Of a stretch of DNA of 64,000 bases, positions 40,621 through 52,852 are shown piece after piece. The notes beneath the pieces are model-generated. The model searched no databases and was not told the origin of the DNA. It was given only the letters and a program-made list of their open reading frames with translations. Each line of letters starts with the position of its first letter. Position 1 is the first letter of the stretch. The stretch comes from Octopus sinensis (lineage: Eukaryota), in NCBI RefSeq assembly GCF_006345805.1, contig NC_042998.1, positions 126,852,001 to 126,916,000 on the forward strand. Direction: 5' to 3'. Position numbers and translations under genes: made by a program.

Positions 40621-41924
40621 CACTTGGTCACATTCATGAGAGTATCTTGATAAACCTATGAACCTTTTAGCCGATCCGTCGTAGAGATAATTCTGACCGG
40701 CCACCTGCATTGTTCATCATCCTTTAAATCTTAAGGTCTTGCAGATTTTTCTAGTCGCAGGTATCGCGATCATTTGTAGTATATGAATTAAGGATTTGCA
40801 TTCTTTCTTGCCAAACACAAGTCCACTCATACTCTGCTCACGCAGGTTAATACGTATCCTGTTGCACCAATTATGATAATAGGTATGAAGCTGAAAGTAT
40901 ATCTTAGATACTGAATTAGCAAACTCCTTGTCTGTTCCATATAGATGTTCATTTTCTACTGAGGTGGAAATCAGCTGTGCACTGGGTACCAATGTTGTTA
41001 GAAAAAATTTCTAACTATATTAGTGTCCAGTGGACAGCTGATTTCCACGACAGAGCACATCGTTTCCTCGTTGTCCCACGCAAGAATATCATGTCGGTTT
41101 TGATTTAACATGGTGGATGTTTTAATTTTTGAGTCCCACCGGTATTCGTTTGACTATTGTTCCACTTCGTCTATTAGTGTTTTCCTTTTTATATCCTGTT
41201 CCGGACTGTTCTGGTATGTTTGTCTGTCTGTCCGTCCGTATGAAAGTATGTATACATGTTTGTGTCTGTGTGCATGTTACTTTCCGTAATATTATTTAAG
41301 TATGATTACGTAATATAACACAAAGCATGAATTCTAAAAGAAGGTAAGAGGATTAATGCTATTAGTAAGGAAATTTTACGTCTATAGTTTACGGTTTGAA
41401 AACAACATGCAGAGCACTGTCCTGGTTTGTTGGAAATAAAGTGAGTACTGATAGGAATGGATTTGTACAGATCTTTTAGATCTAACTGAATTATATTCTG
41501 CTTAGCTAAGAAAACCAAGAATCATCAATATTTATACTTATCGAGTGAATGTAGTAGCACTGAAGATGAGAACTAGTAATATTACTAAAGGAAAATATAC
41601 AAGTAAATTTTGCACACTCAGCACAAACACACTGTAGGGTTTTACATATAAAAATATAGTGAGTTGAGAATCATTATCTACCTGAGAAATAACTCCTATA
41701 TTAGCCAAAACGAAACTGGGAAAAATAGACGATATATATAGAAGTGATTTCGTCCTTAAAATAAATTAGCGGGAATATATTCCAGAGAAAATAAAAATAA
41801 ATCTAAACGGATGAAGTCTAAGGATTACGTGAAGGTATCACACGTATTATAAAATCCTATCGGAGTTGTTTTCATCGCATGAAACTAATAGTAGCTCAAA
41901 AAATATCTATTGTGACTATTAAAT

Positions 41925-42003
<79 letters not shown>

Positions 42004-42086
42004 TATATACACACACACATATGTATATGTATACACACACACACGGAGACACATGCACACACATATGCATATATGTATATATATAT

Positions 42087-43054
42087 ATATGTTAATAAAA
42101 TAGAACATATGCATATATATAAACATATATGTACGTACCTACCTCTACATGTACATATACACGCATATATGTGTACAGGACACCAAAAAGACGTCGAACA
42201 CATAGAGAGACGAAAAACATAGACACAAACCAAGGAACAGGACAAGCAAAAAAGAAAAAAAGAGATACAGGACAATAAGCACAACGAAAAATCCCCTTCT
42301 TCAGTCGCTAAGGTTTCATCTACTCTACGTTTCGAAGGATAAAAGCGAGACGTATACTTCGAAGAAACTTCCTTCCTGCGAAAAGCAAATCAATTAAAAT
42401 TCTGAGATCTTTTCGCAGAGGGGCAAAAAATGGTAAAAAAAGCAAGACGGTAACGACAGTACAAACATATAAACAGTAAAAAAAAAAAATTATATATAAA
42501 CAGTTGAAAAATAAATATATAACAGTGAGAGACAGGACAAGGAGAACAAGATAAGAAGGGCTGTTGACGCCAGACGAAAAAAGTAATGCAAACGCTGGAT
42601 TATAGTGGACGACGAGAGAGAAAGAATGTCGACCAGTGGCCTTAGAAGGCGGGCGAGAAAAGACAGGATAGCAGTTACGACGGAAGTATCGTCGCAGATG
42701 GACGACGGGAATGGGGGAGGAGGAGCAAGAGGAAGAGAGAGAAGAAGGGGAATGGTGCGAGGAGACCATGAAGAATGGTGAGGGGGAGAGAGAGAATGAA
42801 GAATGAGAGAGAGAGGAAGAGACAAGTTAAGTGAGGGAAAAAGGACGAAAAAGGGAATGGGAGAGAAAGAAAGAAAGATGCAGAGTCGCGTGAGAGTTAA
42901 TATCAAGGCTAACTTGATAAGCAGAACAATCTTACTTAATAGGGTGCGTGCGTTTAGTCGTATGATATGTTAATAAAATAGAACATATGCATATATATAA
43001 ACATATATGTACGTACCTACCTCTACATGTACATATACACGCATATATGTGTAC

Positions 43055-43060
<6 letters not shown>
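42087..43060 (-). mobile_element. Non-coding element with 96-bp identical terminal direct repeats (family P2; partial copy at 22083-22310)
   Basis: 42087-42182 equals 42965-43060. Pyrimidine-rich minus strand; CGAAACGTA...CTGAAGA motifs near 42295-42335; homologous left end at 22083-22310. Confidence 0.65.
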
Positions 43061-43086
<26 letters not shown>

Positions 43087-43468
43087 CAAAATCGGACAAG
43101 AACGCAAAACATTCAGATAGACGATACAAAAAACACGGACCGCTCATTCGAAGCCTCTGATCTTCAGTCAAGAACCGGATCATCCTCGCAATTTCGGCTG
43201 ATTAATCTTGAGATTGCTCCAATGTGGCCAGCCCCAAGGAAAAACTAAGCTACGAGCATTAGATTTCTTGGCAAAAGGATCGAATGTATACGGAACAAGG
43301 ACAGAAAAACGGGCGATGTTACACGAATATAAATACAAAAAAAAACAAAACAAAAAATAATACGAATATAAATACAAAAACAATAATAATAATAATAACA
43401 TGACATAACAACAGGCGTCTTTCGACCAGAGACGAATTGAACTCAGCTAGTGTATATATATAATTATA

Positions 43469-43741
43469 ATAAGGGTGTTGAATGATTATACCTGCAGTCT
43501 GCTAGAAATAGACCCCATATTGTCTAAGAACCACTTAGATTATTACTCCATTACGCAAGGTTGTAAGCAAGGAAAACAGTCAGCGAGCATTTATAAAATA
43601 ATTTGGAGAGTACCACAAAATCCTCGCTGTCTATTTTCCTCGCTTACAACATTGTGTAGTGGAGTAATAATCTACGTGGTTCCTAGACCATTTGGAGTCT
43701 ATTTCTAGCAGACTAGTGTTGTAATCATTCAACACCCTTAT
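43469..43741. mobile_element. MITE with about 66-bp imperfect TIRs (ATAAGGG termini)
   Basis: ATAAGGGTGTTGAATGATTA...GTCTGCTAGAAATAGAC inverted at both ends; TA flanks. Confidence 0.85.
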
Positions 43742-43815
43742 TATAATTTTAATATAAATTAATCATCATGGTATCCTAGTATGCTGGTCACTATAATGCC
43801 TTTATCCTAATTACG

Positions 43816-43864
<49 letters not shown>

Positions 43865-43947
43865 AATCCAAACGGGAAACAAAAAAACAACAACAATGAA
43901 ACAATTACAGTATTATTATTAATAGGCGCTCAGGAAATGGAAGCAGG

Positions 43948-43988
43948 GAGGTATGACGTTTCGAGCGGGGCTCTTCGTCGGAAACATA
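43948..43988 (-). ncRNA. Minimal type-I hammerhead-like motif (PLE type), core variant CCGACGA
   Basis: Minus strand reads TGTTT-CCGACGA-A-GAGC-CCC-GCTC-GAAAC-GTC-ATAC: 4-bp stem II, palindromic ACGT stem III, GUC triplet, stem I 3 of 4 pairs, U4->C in the core. Confidence 0.65.
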
Positions 43989-44149
43989 AAGAAGGAAGAG
44001 AGAGGAAAGAAAGATCCCAGAGCGGGCAACAGGGAAAGAGAAAAAAGACGACTGGTGTTTACGAGTTGCACATGGTGAAAGGCGGATGTTTACGAAAACA
44101 GAGCAAAGTGGGTTTTTAAAGGCAAAAGAGTGGAGACAAGGTTGGTAAC

Positions 44150-46945
44150 GCAACAGATGTGTGTGTATGTGTGAGTGTGTGCGTGTGCGTGTGTGTATGT
44201 GTGTGTGTGAGGCGAGATGAAAAAACAAAAAAAAAATATATATGTGTGTGTTAGTGTGTGCGTCTGTGTGTAGGCGTGTGAGGTAGGGCGAGACAGTGGT
44301 CAGCTTAGCAGACAAAGGTCAGTAGTAAGAAAAAGAAGGAAGGAGGAAGGGAGGGAGGGGAAGGGGTGGGGGCGTATGTAGCGTGCCAGCGTGTGTTGAG
44401 TAGTAGTGTGTGTGTGTGTCCAGTGCCGTGGTGGTATAAATGGCGAGTAGATTGAATGTGTGTAAGAGTAATGTATATATTTAAGCAATGTGTGTATATG
44501 TGTGCGCGTGTGTGTAACGAAAAAGGACTCCAGCTGAGGGGAAGATGGAAGAGTGGTCCCGCGGAGACGGGCGTGGGAAAACCCAACGACACGCGACGGT
44601 CTCAGGAACGGGCGGGAGGTCTTGTCGGGTCCAAGAGCGAGGTGCCTGCGGCGCGTATGCGTGCGCGAACCGGCGCAAGCGCCTGCGTGCGCGAACCGGC
44701 GCAAGCGCGTGCGTGCGCGCGCCTGCGAGTATGTGCGTAAGTATGTATGTGTGTGGATGTGTGAGTGTGTCTGTGTGTATGTCCGGGTGGCAGTGTGTCC
44801 GATGAATGTATGTGAGTATGTGTGTATGTATGTGTGTGCATAGATGTATGTCCGTGTGTGTGTGTGTATGTGTGTGAGTGTGTATGTATGTACGTGTGGG
44901 TGTGGGGAAGTGTGTGTATGTGCATGTGTTCGCGCGTACATACAGGTGTGTGAGTGAGTGTGTGTGTGTGTATGTATGTGTGAGTGTGTATGTATGTGTG
45001 TGTAGGATGCATGTATGTGTATGGGTGTATGTATGCGTGTGTGTATGTATGTATGTGTAGGTGCGTTGTGTGTGTGTATGCGTGTAGGTGTGCGCGTGTG
45101 CATGCATGCATGCATGCATGTGCGTATGTGTGTGTGTGTGTGCATGTGTGTGGGTATATATGTATGTGCGTATATGTGTGTGTATGTGCGTACATGTGTG
45201 TGTGTGTGTATGCATGTGTGTGTATGTAGGTGTGTAGGCGTGTGTGTAATAGGTGTATGTATGTAAGTATGTATGGGTGTGTCCGTGTATGTGTGTGTAT
45301 GTATGTGTGTGTATGTAGGTGTGTGGGCGTGTGTATATGTGTGTGTATGTAGGTGTGTGGGCGTGTGTATATAGGTGTATGTGTGTATGTCTGGGTGTGT
45401 CCGTGCATGTTTGTGTGTGTGTGTGTATGCATGTGTATGTAGGTGTGTGTGTACGTGTGTAATGTATGTGTGTATGCGTGTGTATGCGTGCGTGTGTGTA
45501 TGTAGGTGCGTGTGTATGTGTGTGGGAGTGTAGGTGTGTGTGTGCGTGTGCGTGTTTATGTTGGTGTGTGCGTATGTGAGTGTGAGTGTATGGGTGTTTG
45601 TCATGCATGTGTGTGCGCGTGCAGGTGAGTGTGTGTGTAAGTATGTGTGTGTGTATGTTTGTGTGAGTGTGTATGTGTGTATGTCTGTGTGTATGTATGT
45701 GCGTATAGGAGTATGTGGGTATGTGTGTGTGTATGTATATGGGTGTATGTATGTATGTGTGTGTGTGTGTGCATGTGTATAAGTATATGTGTGTGTGCGT
45801 ATGTGTGTATATGTGTATGTGTGTGTGTTTATGTATGTGTGTATGTATGTGTGTAGGCGTGTGTGTGTAGATGTATGTATGTATGGGTGTGTGTCCGTGT
45901 GTGTTTGTGTGTGTGTGTAGGTAGATGTGTGTATCTGAGTGAGGGTATGGCTGTGTAGGTGTGTGTGTGTATGAATGTAAGTGTGTGTGTATACAAGTGT
46001 AATGTATGTTATGTAGGTGTGGTTGTGTGTATGTGTACGTGTGCGTGTGTATGTGTGTGTGTGTATGCGTGTGAGTGTGAGTGTATGGGTGTATGTCTGT
46101 GTGTGTGTATGTCTGAAGTAGGTATGTATGTGTATGTATGTATGTGTGTGTGTGTGCAGGTATGTGTGTGTATGTGTGTGTGTGTGAGTAGGTGTGCGTG
46201 TATGTATTGGGTAGGGATGCATGCGAGTGTGTGGGTATGTATGCATACATACGCACGCGCACATCCGAAGCAAGCCCACACACACAAGCGCGCTCAAGCA
46301 CACAACGCACAAGCAGTACAACGCAAGCCCAAGGGGCCGACCAAGCCCCCAGCGCGCACCAAGGCGCGCGAGCGCAAAGGCTCTCGAACGCCCCCCGCTA
46401 CGCGGGAACCGAGAATCCATCAGCCAAAACCGGAAAGCAGAAAAGAGGGGGGGCTGCCTGGATGCAAAAAGTGTATGTGTGTGTGCATTCAGTGTAAGGG
46501 TGTGCATGTGTAGGTATGTATGTATGCATGTGCCTACATGTATGTTTGCATGTTGTGTGTGAAGTACGTGCGGTGTGTGTGTGTGAGTGTGTGTGTATGT
46601 ATGTGCGTATGTATGTGTGTGTGTATGTGTGTATGTATGTCTGTGTGTGTGTGTGTGTGTGTAGTATGTATGTGTGTGCGTATGTATGTATGTGTGTGTG
46701 TATGTGCATGTTGGTTTGTATGTTAGTGTGTGTTAGTATGTCTGTAAGTGTGTGTGATTAAATGTGTGAATGTATGTACGTAGATGGGTCTACGTATGTG
46801 TGTGTGTGAACAGGCGTGTGGGAGGTAGGTGGGTGGGTGGGTGTGGGAGGTAGGTGGGTGGTGGTGGCGTGGGGGAGTAGGTGGTGGGTGGTGTGTGCGT
46901 GTGGGAGGTAGATGGGTGGGTGGGTGTGGGTGTGTGTCCACAAAA
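44150..46945. repeat. Degenerate (TG/CA)n satellite-like array with two GC-rich islands (about 44520-44720 and 46245-46460)
   Basis: Mosaic of TG, TATG, TGCG and TAGG units. It grades into CCCA-rich sequence next to the PLE stop and C/T-rich sequence next to the hammerhead. Confidence 0.9.
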
Positions 46946-49819
46946 AAAAAAAAAAAAACGGATCTCAAGAGGAGGGGGCTGTGTTAAGTCCTGTGGGGGT
47001 GGTAGTTTGTAGGGTGAAGATGTAGCGTTGCTCCAAGTGAGCCTGGAAAGTGGGCGACCATGGTGGGGGGCGAGACCAAACACTGAGATGTCATCTAGGG
47101 AATGGCCGGCCGAGCGGAAGTGGCGTGCGACGGGAGAAAGAGAGTGTAGGCGAACGTCCCTCAAGTGTTCAGTGAAACGGTCGGACAACAGGCGTCCCGT
47201 CTGTCCTACATACAGCATCCCGCATAGGTTGCATTTAATGCAGTAAATAAGGCCAGACGAGGTGCACGTAAAAGAGTGCCTAATGCGTACAGTGTGCAGG
47301 TTGGAGCCGGTGACAGCGGTGGTGTTGGTGATGAAGGGGCAAGTGTTGCAGCGGGATCTAGAGCAAGGGAATGATCCGTGTGGGGCTGAGGGGGAAGGAG
47401 AGAGGGTGCTGTGGACCAGGAGGTCACGCAGATTGCGGGCTCGTTTGAAAGAGGACAGGGGTAGGTTAGGGAAAATGGGGCGGGTGGTGGGATCAAGCTG
47501 GAGGCGACGGAAGGCACGTAGTATCTTGCGACGAAGGGGTAGGGTAGAGGGGTGGAAAGAGGGGGGGGGGGTGCGATTGGGGGGTGGGCGGGGGGAAGGA
47601 GACAGGGCGGTAGTGCGGTCGATGCCGGGCGCGGGTGAGGGCATCAGAGAGGAGTATGGGTGGGTAACCTCGGAGTCTGAACATGCGGGCCAGGTATTGA
47701 GATTGGGTCTCGAAATCCTGGTCGCGGCTGCACAAACGTCGGAGGCGGAGGAACTGGGAGTAGGGGATGGCTCGTTTGGTGTGGAAGGGGTGGGAGGAAG
47801 AGAAGTTGAGATAGAGGTGGGAATCCGTAGGTTTAAAAAAGGCGGTGGTGGTGAGAGAGCTGGAGGGGTGATCGATGCGGAGAGAGATGTCAAGGAAGTT
47901 GACAGAGGTGTTGGAGATGGTGGAGGTGAATTGAAGAGAGGGGTGAAAGTTGGAAAGGAAAGATGAATTGGCAGAGAAGTTCACGGGAAAGGGAGGTGGC
48001 ACCTACGCAGTCGTCGATATAGCGACCGTATAGTTCGGGGGTCGGCCCAGAGAACTGGGAGAACACTTGGGCCTCAATGTACCAAGAAAGAGATTGGCGA
48101 AATTGGGGCCCATCCTAGTTCCCATCGCGACCCCGGACCTCTGTTGGTACGTTTCCCCCCGCGAACGTGAAGCAATTGAGGTGGTGAGGCGAGCTCAGCC
48201 AAACGGAGAAGGGTGGGGGTGCTGGGGGTGGGGTCGGGACGACGGTCGAGGAAGTGTTGGAGGGCTAGGAGACCGTCATTGTGGGGAATCACTGTGTACA
48301 GGGATTTTACATCTAAAGTGAAGAGGAGGTGTGAGGGGCTGGAAGGAAGGAAAAGGAATTGAAGAGACGGAGGGCGTGGTTGGTGTCGTGTATGTGGGAT
48401 GGGAGGGCTGCGACTAAGGGGGACAGGATGCGGTCGAGGTATAGGGAGATGAGTTCAGTGGGGCAATTACAGGCAGAGACTATGGGACGGCCAGGATTAG
48501 AGGGTTTATGGATCTTGGGAAGGAAGTAGATGGTGGAGGTGCGGGGTGTGCGGACGATGAGGTTGGTGGAGGTGAGGGGGAGAGCGGAGGAGGAGATGAG
48601 GTCGTGGATGGTGGAGGACACTCGCTGTTGGTAGGAGGAGGTGGGATCGGAGGGGAGGAGGCGATAGAAGAGTGGATTTTGAAGCTGGTTGAGCGCTTCC
48701 TCCTTGTATACGTCCGAGCTCCACACTACCACTGCCCCGCCTTTGTCCGCCGGTTTGATGACAATGTCATCACGACGGCGGAGGTGGCGAAGGGCAATGG
48801 ATTCGGCCCGAGTGAGGTTGGCTCGGCGGGGTCTTGGTGCAAATTTGAAACGGTGGACCAAAGCGTTGCAGTCATGTACAAACGAATCTAGGCTACTGAA
48901 AAGACCTGGGGGCGGCGTCCAGATGGATGGACGACGCCCCAGCTCCAAAAGGCAATCCTGATTGTTGTGACGCTGCGGGGACGCGTGGTAGTATGCGCGA
49001 AGTTTGAGGCGGCGCAGGAACAGGTTGACGTCCGCCCGAGTCTCGAACTCATCACAGTGGCGCGTGAGTGGCGTGAAGCGGAGACCCTTACTGAGGAGGG
49101 AGCGCTCAGCGGCGGAGAGGGGGAGGTGGGGGGTATAGTGACAACAGCGCGAGGAAGCGGGGTGGTGGGAGGACTAGGGGCAGGCGGAGGGGGTGCAGGG
49201 GTGTGAAGGGGAGGTAGGGGTGGTTGGGTGAAGATGGGTTAGGCGTAGGAAGGTCACGGTGGGGGGTGTGTGGGTCCGTGGAAGGGTGGGGTAGGTGCGA
49301 AGGAGGGGGAACAGAGGGGGAGGATGGGGAAGGGGGTGAGGGGTTGAGGAGGAGGTGGAGTTTTTTGTTTTTTGTGTGTGTGAGGTGGTTGTAGAGTTGG
49401 TGGTTGAGATTAAGAATGAAGCGGAGGATAGGTTGGGTGAAGAGTGGAGGGCAGAGGGCGGAGAGAAGGAGGTAGGCCTGGGGAAGTTGATGGTCGAGGG
49501 AGTCAAGGAGGGGGCGGGTGGAGCGGATGGTGGCGCGGAGGAGGGAGCGGGAGGTACGAGCGAGGGTGGGTTCGATGAAGGGGGAGGAATAGGGGGTAGC
49601 GTGGAACTTCAAGAGGAACCCGCGGGGTGTGACATGATGGCGGAGGCACCGGCTAAGAAAGGAAAGATGACTCGAGTGGCGGGTTTTCTTAAAAAGCAAG
49701 CGGGAAAGTTTTATAGCAGGTGCGGAACATTGTGGGGGGAAGAACGCGAGGTAGCGGCTGAGGAGGGATTGAAGGTGTTGGACGAACGAGTGCAAGTCAG
49801 GCATGATGAGAAGTGGTGG

Positions 49820-49895
<76 letters not shown>

Positions 49896-49917
49896 TATAT
49901 ATATATTATATATATAT

Positions 49918-50166
49918 AAAGGAAATGAAGAAAATGCTGACAAAATAATTTAAGTAAGGGAGAGTGTATTTAATTAGGTGAGAGTTCTTTTTACCGGTTG
50001 CGCATTTATTATGCTTATCAAAAGATAAGAGAAAAAAATCAATCAGAAAGGAACTCTATCTTTTGATAAGCATAACAAATGCGCAACCGGTAAAAAGAAC
50101 TTTCACCTAATTAAATACACTCTCCCTTACTTAAATTATTTTGTCACCATTTTCTTCATTTCCTTT
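49918..50166. repeat. Hairpin or MITE-like inverted repeat (about 113-bp arms, 22-nt spacer)
   Basis: 49918-50031 is the reverse complement of 50054-50166 with about 4 differences. Confidence 0.9.
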
Positions 50167-50207
50167 TTTTTATATATCACAACTCGTGTTCCACATCTCC
50201 TTTTTAA

Positions 50208-50252
<45 letters not shown>

Positions 50253-50515
50253 CGTATGTGTATACATATCTATATATATATACATCCACATATATTTATG
50301 CATATGTGGTTTGAGTATATATGCACGGATATCATAAGACTGTTGGTGAGAGTAGTTGGAGTTTATTTATTCTGGGTGTTTATATTTTGAGTTAAAATCT
50401 CACCACGATCAATTTCGCCAATCAGCCTTAAGTGTCAGTCAAGTAATTATATACCTCTCCTGAAAACTGCTAGCCGTGTACTTAAATTGGAAGCCGTTAT
50501 GTCGTTATAGATATC

Positions 50516-50735
50516 AAGCCAGCGAGCTGGTAGAGTCGTTAGCGCGCTGGACGAAATGCTTAGCGGTATTTCACCCGTCGCTACGTTCTGAGTTAAAATT
50601 CCGTCGAAGTCAACTTTGTCTTTCATCCTTTCGGTGTTGTTAAAATAAGTACCAGTTGAACACTGGGGTCGATGTAATCGACTTAAACCCCGTGTTTGTC
50701 CTTGTTTCTCGCCTCTATGTTTAGACCCCTGTGGG

Positions 50736-50740
<5 letters not shown>
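50516..50740 (+). mobile_element. SINE S1 (tail B)
   Basis: GCGAGCTGGTAGAGTCGTTAG head, core, GTTTGTCCTTGTTTC...GTGGGCAATA tail. Confidence 0.85.
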
Positions 50741-50781
<41 letters not shown>

Positions 50782-51090
50782 GCATATGAGTTAAAGGTTA
50801 AACAGCCATCTAAGGTATAATAAATATACTACTAGATGTATACTACTAGATGTATCCAATATACTACTAGATGTATACCTATGCATTTATATCCAAATGC
50901 TTACTGTTGCAAGGCAACAGCTCGCAATTGAATAATAGGTATAAGTGGAGGTAAACAGAAATTTACCCAGAATTTAAAAGCAAAGAAGATAATGGAGAAG
51001 ATAATTAATTAACAGACATCAATAGATCCAATAGATGCTTTCAGGCAGATGTTTGTTAATTAATTATCTTCTTCATTTTCTTCTTCTCCT

Positions 51091-51095
<5 letters not shown>

Positions 51096-51180
<85 letters not shown>

Positions 51181-51220
51181 TAATAATAATAATAATAATA
51201 TAATAATAATAATAATATAC

Positions 51221-51264
<44 letters not shown>

Positions 51265-51265
51265 T
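51096..51265. repeat. (TAA)n microsatellite
   Basis: Direct reading, more than 50 units with interruptions. Confidence 0.95.
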
Positions 51266-51405
51266 TAGGGAGTAAATCCAAACTTACAGGGAAATAATTT
51301 AAATTTAGAATTTTATATTTTATATATTTTTTATTAATTAATTTTATTTCTATGTATTGGTTTATGAGTTTCACTGTTTGATTTGACTAATAGTGGTTTT
51401 ATCTC

Positions 51406-51447
<42 letters not shown>

Positions 51448-52808
51448 TACACACATACACATACACACACATATATATATGTATATCTATCTATCTATCT
51501 ATACACACACACATATATATATAAATTATATATATATATATATAAATGTGAATGCGTGTGTCTGTGTCTGTGTGTGTTGAAAACTGCTTGTAAAAAGAAT
51601 AAGCAAACTTTAGTTTCCATTGTTCACATGCTGGTGGAGAACAAGTGTAGATATCGGTGGTAAACAAAAAGAAATAACGAAAGATATATGTATTGATACT
51701 TAGCCGCCAAAAGCGAATGTTGTGCTTTCTGATTTAGCAGACAATCTTACCAAAATATGTTAAGAAATTGCTATAATAAATAAACGGAGCAGTCACTGTA
51801 ATGCAGACTTCGTGTATTCTAATGAGATTTGAATAATTTCTTTTGTGCAGGAATATATAGTTTGATTGAATCGACTGGAGAATAATATTAGTATTTATCT
51901 TACCAATTTTAGCGATATATAGAAGATTATGATTTGCAGCAAATTTAGCTGCTAATTCTATCATGTGCACAAGTAGTCTCTATGCGGCTGATTTTTCTAG
52001 ATTGTGCACAATATTACTAGAGAACAAATGACTGACTAAATATTAGGTAATGAGTTGAAAATAAGTAGAAATAGTAATATTTTGCCAACTAGGTCTTCCA
52101 CTCTCTCTTTTAGCTTCGCTTCCATGGGATTTTAACTTACGAAAGTTTATTTCAAGTCGATATTTTCTTTTAGAGAATGTAATAATCTAATTTTATCTAC
52201 AATGTGATATGTACTTCTCATATATAATCTCCAACAGTATCATGCATCATAGTATTTTAATACTTTTTCTCTAACTATGATACTTCTATTATTTTAGCAT
52301 ATACTGTATCGACATGTAATCATACAGTCTGACTATGAAACTATCATACTATTTCATTAATATCATATTATTTCATTAATCATAACAGCTTACTATAATC
52401 GTAATTTTAAGTTCATAATCCTTGCTATCACCAAGTATTGGGGATCTAGAATCTATAAATCAAGATCATCCCTCATTCAGTAGATCCTATATCAAAGAAG
52501 TTGTTCCAGCCATAACAGTATTGATTTTTTGGTTATTTAGAGCTACACTGTACAATGTGTGAGTCCATCCTTAAAAGAGTTGGAAATGATTTGAGAGAGA
52601 TTTGTTAATTCTACTAGGTCAAGCACCTTAGATCACAACGTTAGGAACATATCATCAAGATAACCTAATATCAATCGCACCGCCTTCATTTTCCTGATTT
52701 TTTCATAAATCCTAACTCTAATAACAAACGTATACTGTATTAGAGTAATACCACAAGTTAAATATTCCCCGTGTAAACGATGGGGAGCAAGTCTCATTGG
52801 TCACAGAG

Positions 52809-52852
<44 letters not shown>

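Larger units (their letters stand above)
43862..49822 (-). mobile_element. Penelope-like element (Neptune-type, RT + GIY-YIG) with long C/A-rich 3' region and terminal hammerhead motif
   Basis: ATG at 49804; RT motifs VIKPADKGGAVVVW, YFLPKIHK...GRPIVS, LDVKSLYT.IPH, GVAMGTRMGP, YIDD (48021-48010), VNFLDI, KPTDSHLYL; CxxxRCxxC plus IYCIKC...YVGQTGR..SDRFTEH GIY-YIG; LEQRYIFTL...GLN end with stop near 46965. At least 7 frameshifts. Both ends abut (TA)n. The ORF is certain; including 43862-46960 in the element is inferred. Confidence 0.88.

Noticed and set aside
44300-46507. 735-aa and 609-aa His/Thr-rich ORFs
   Set aside because: Translations of degenerate (CA)n, which lacks stop codons; no domain, and several frames are open at once.
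47262-49864. Gly/Val/Glu-rich + strand ORFs over the PLE
   Set aside because: Antisense shadows of the GC-rich minus-strand ORF.
50821-50880. Three copies of TACTACTAGATGTA
   Set aside because: Short local slippage; no unique spacers, so not CRISPR-like.
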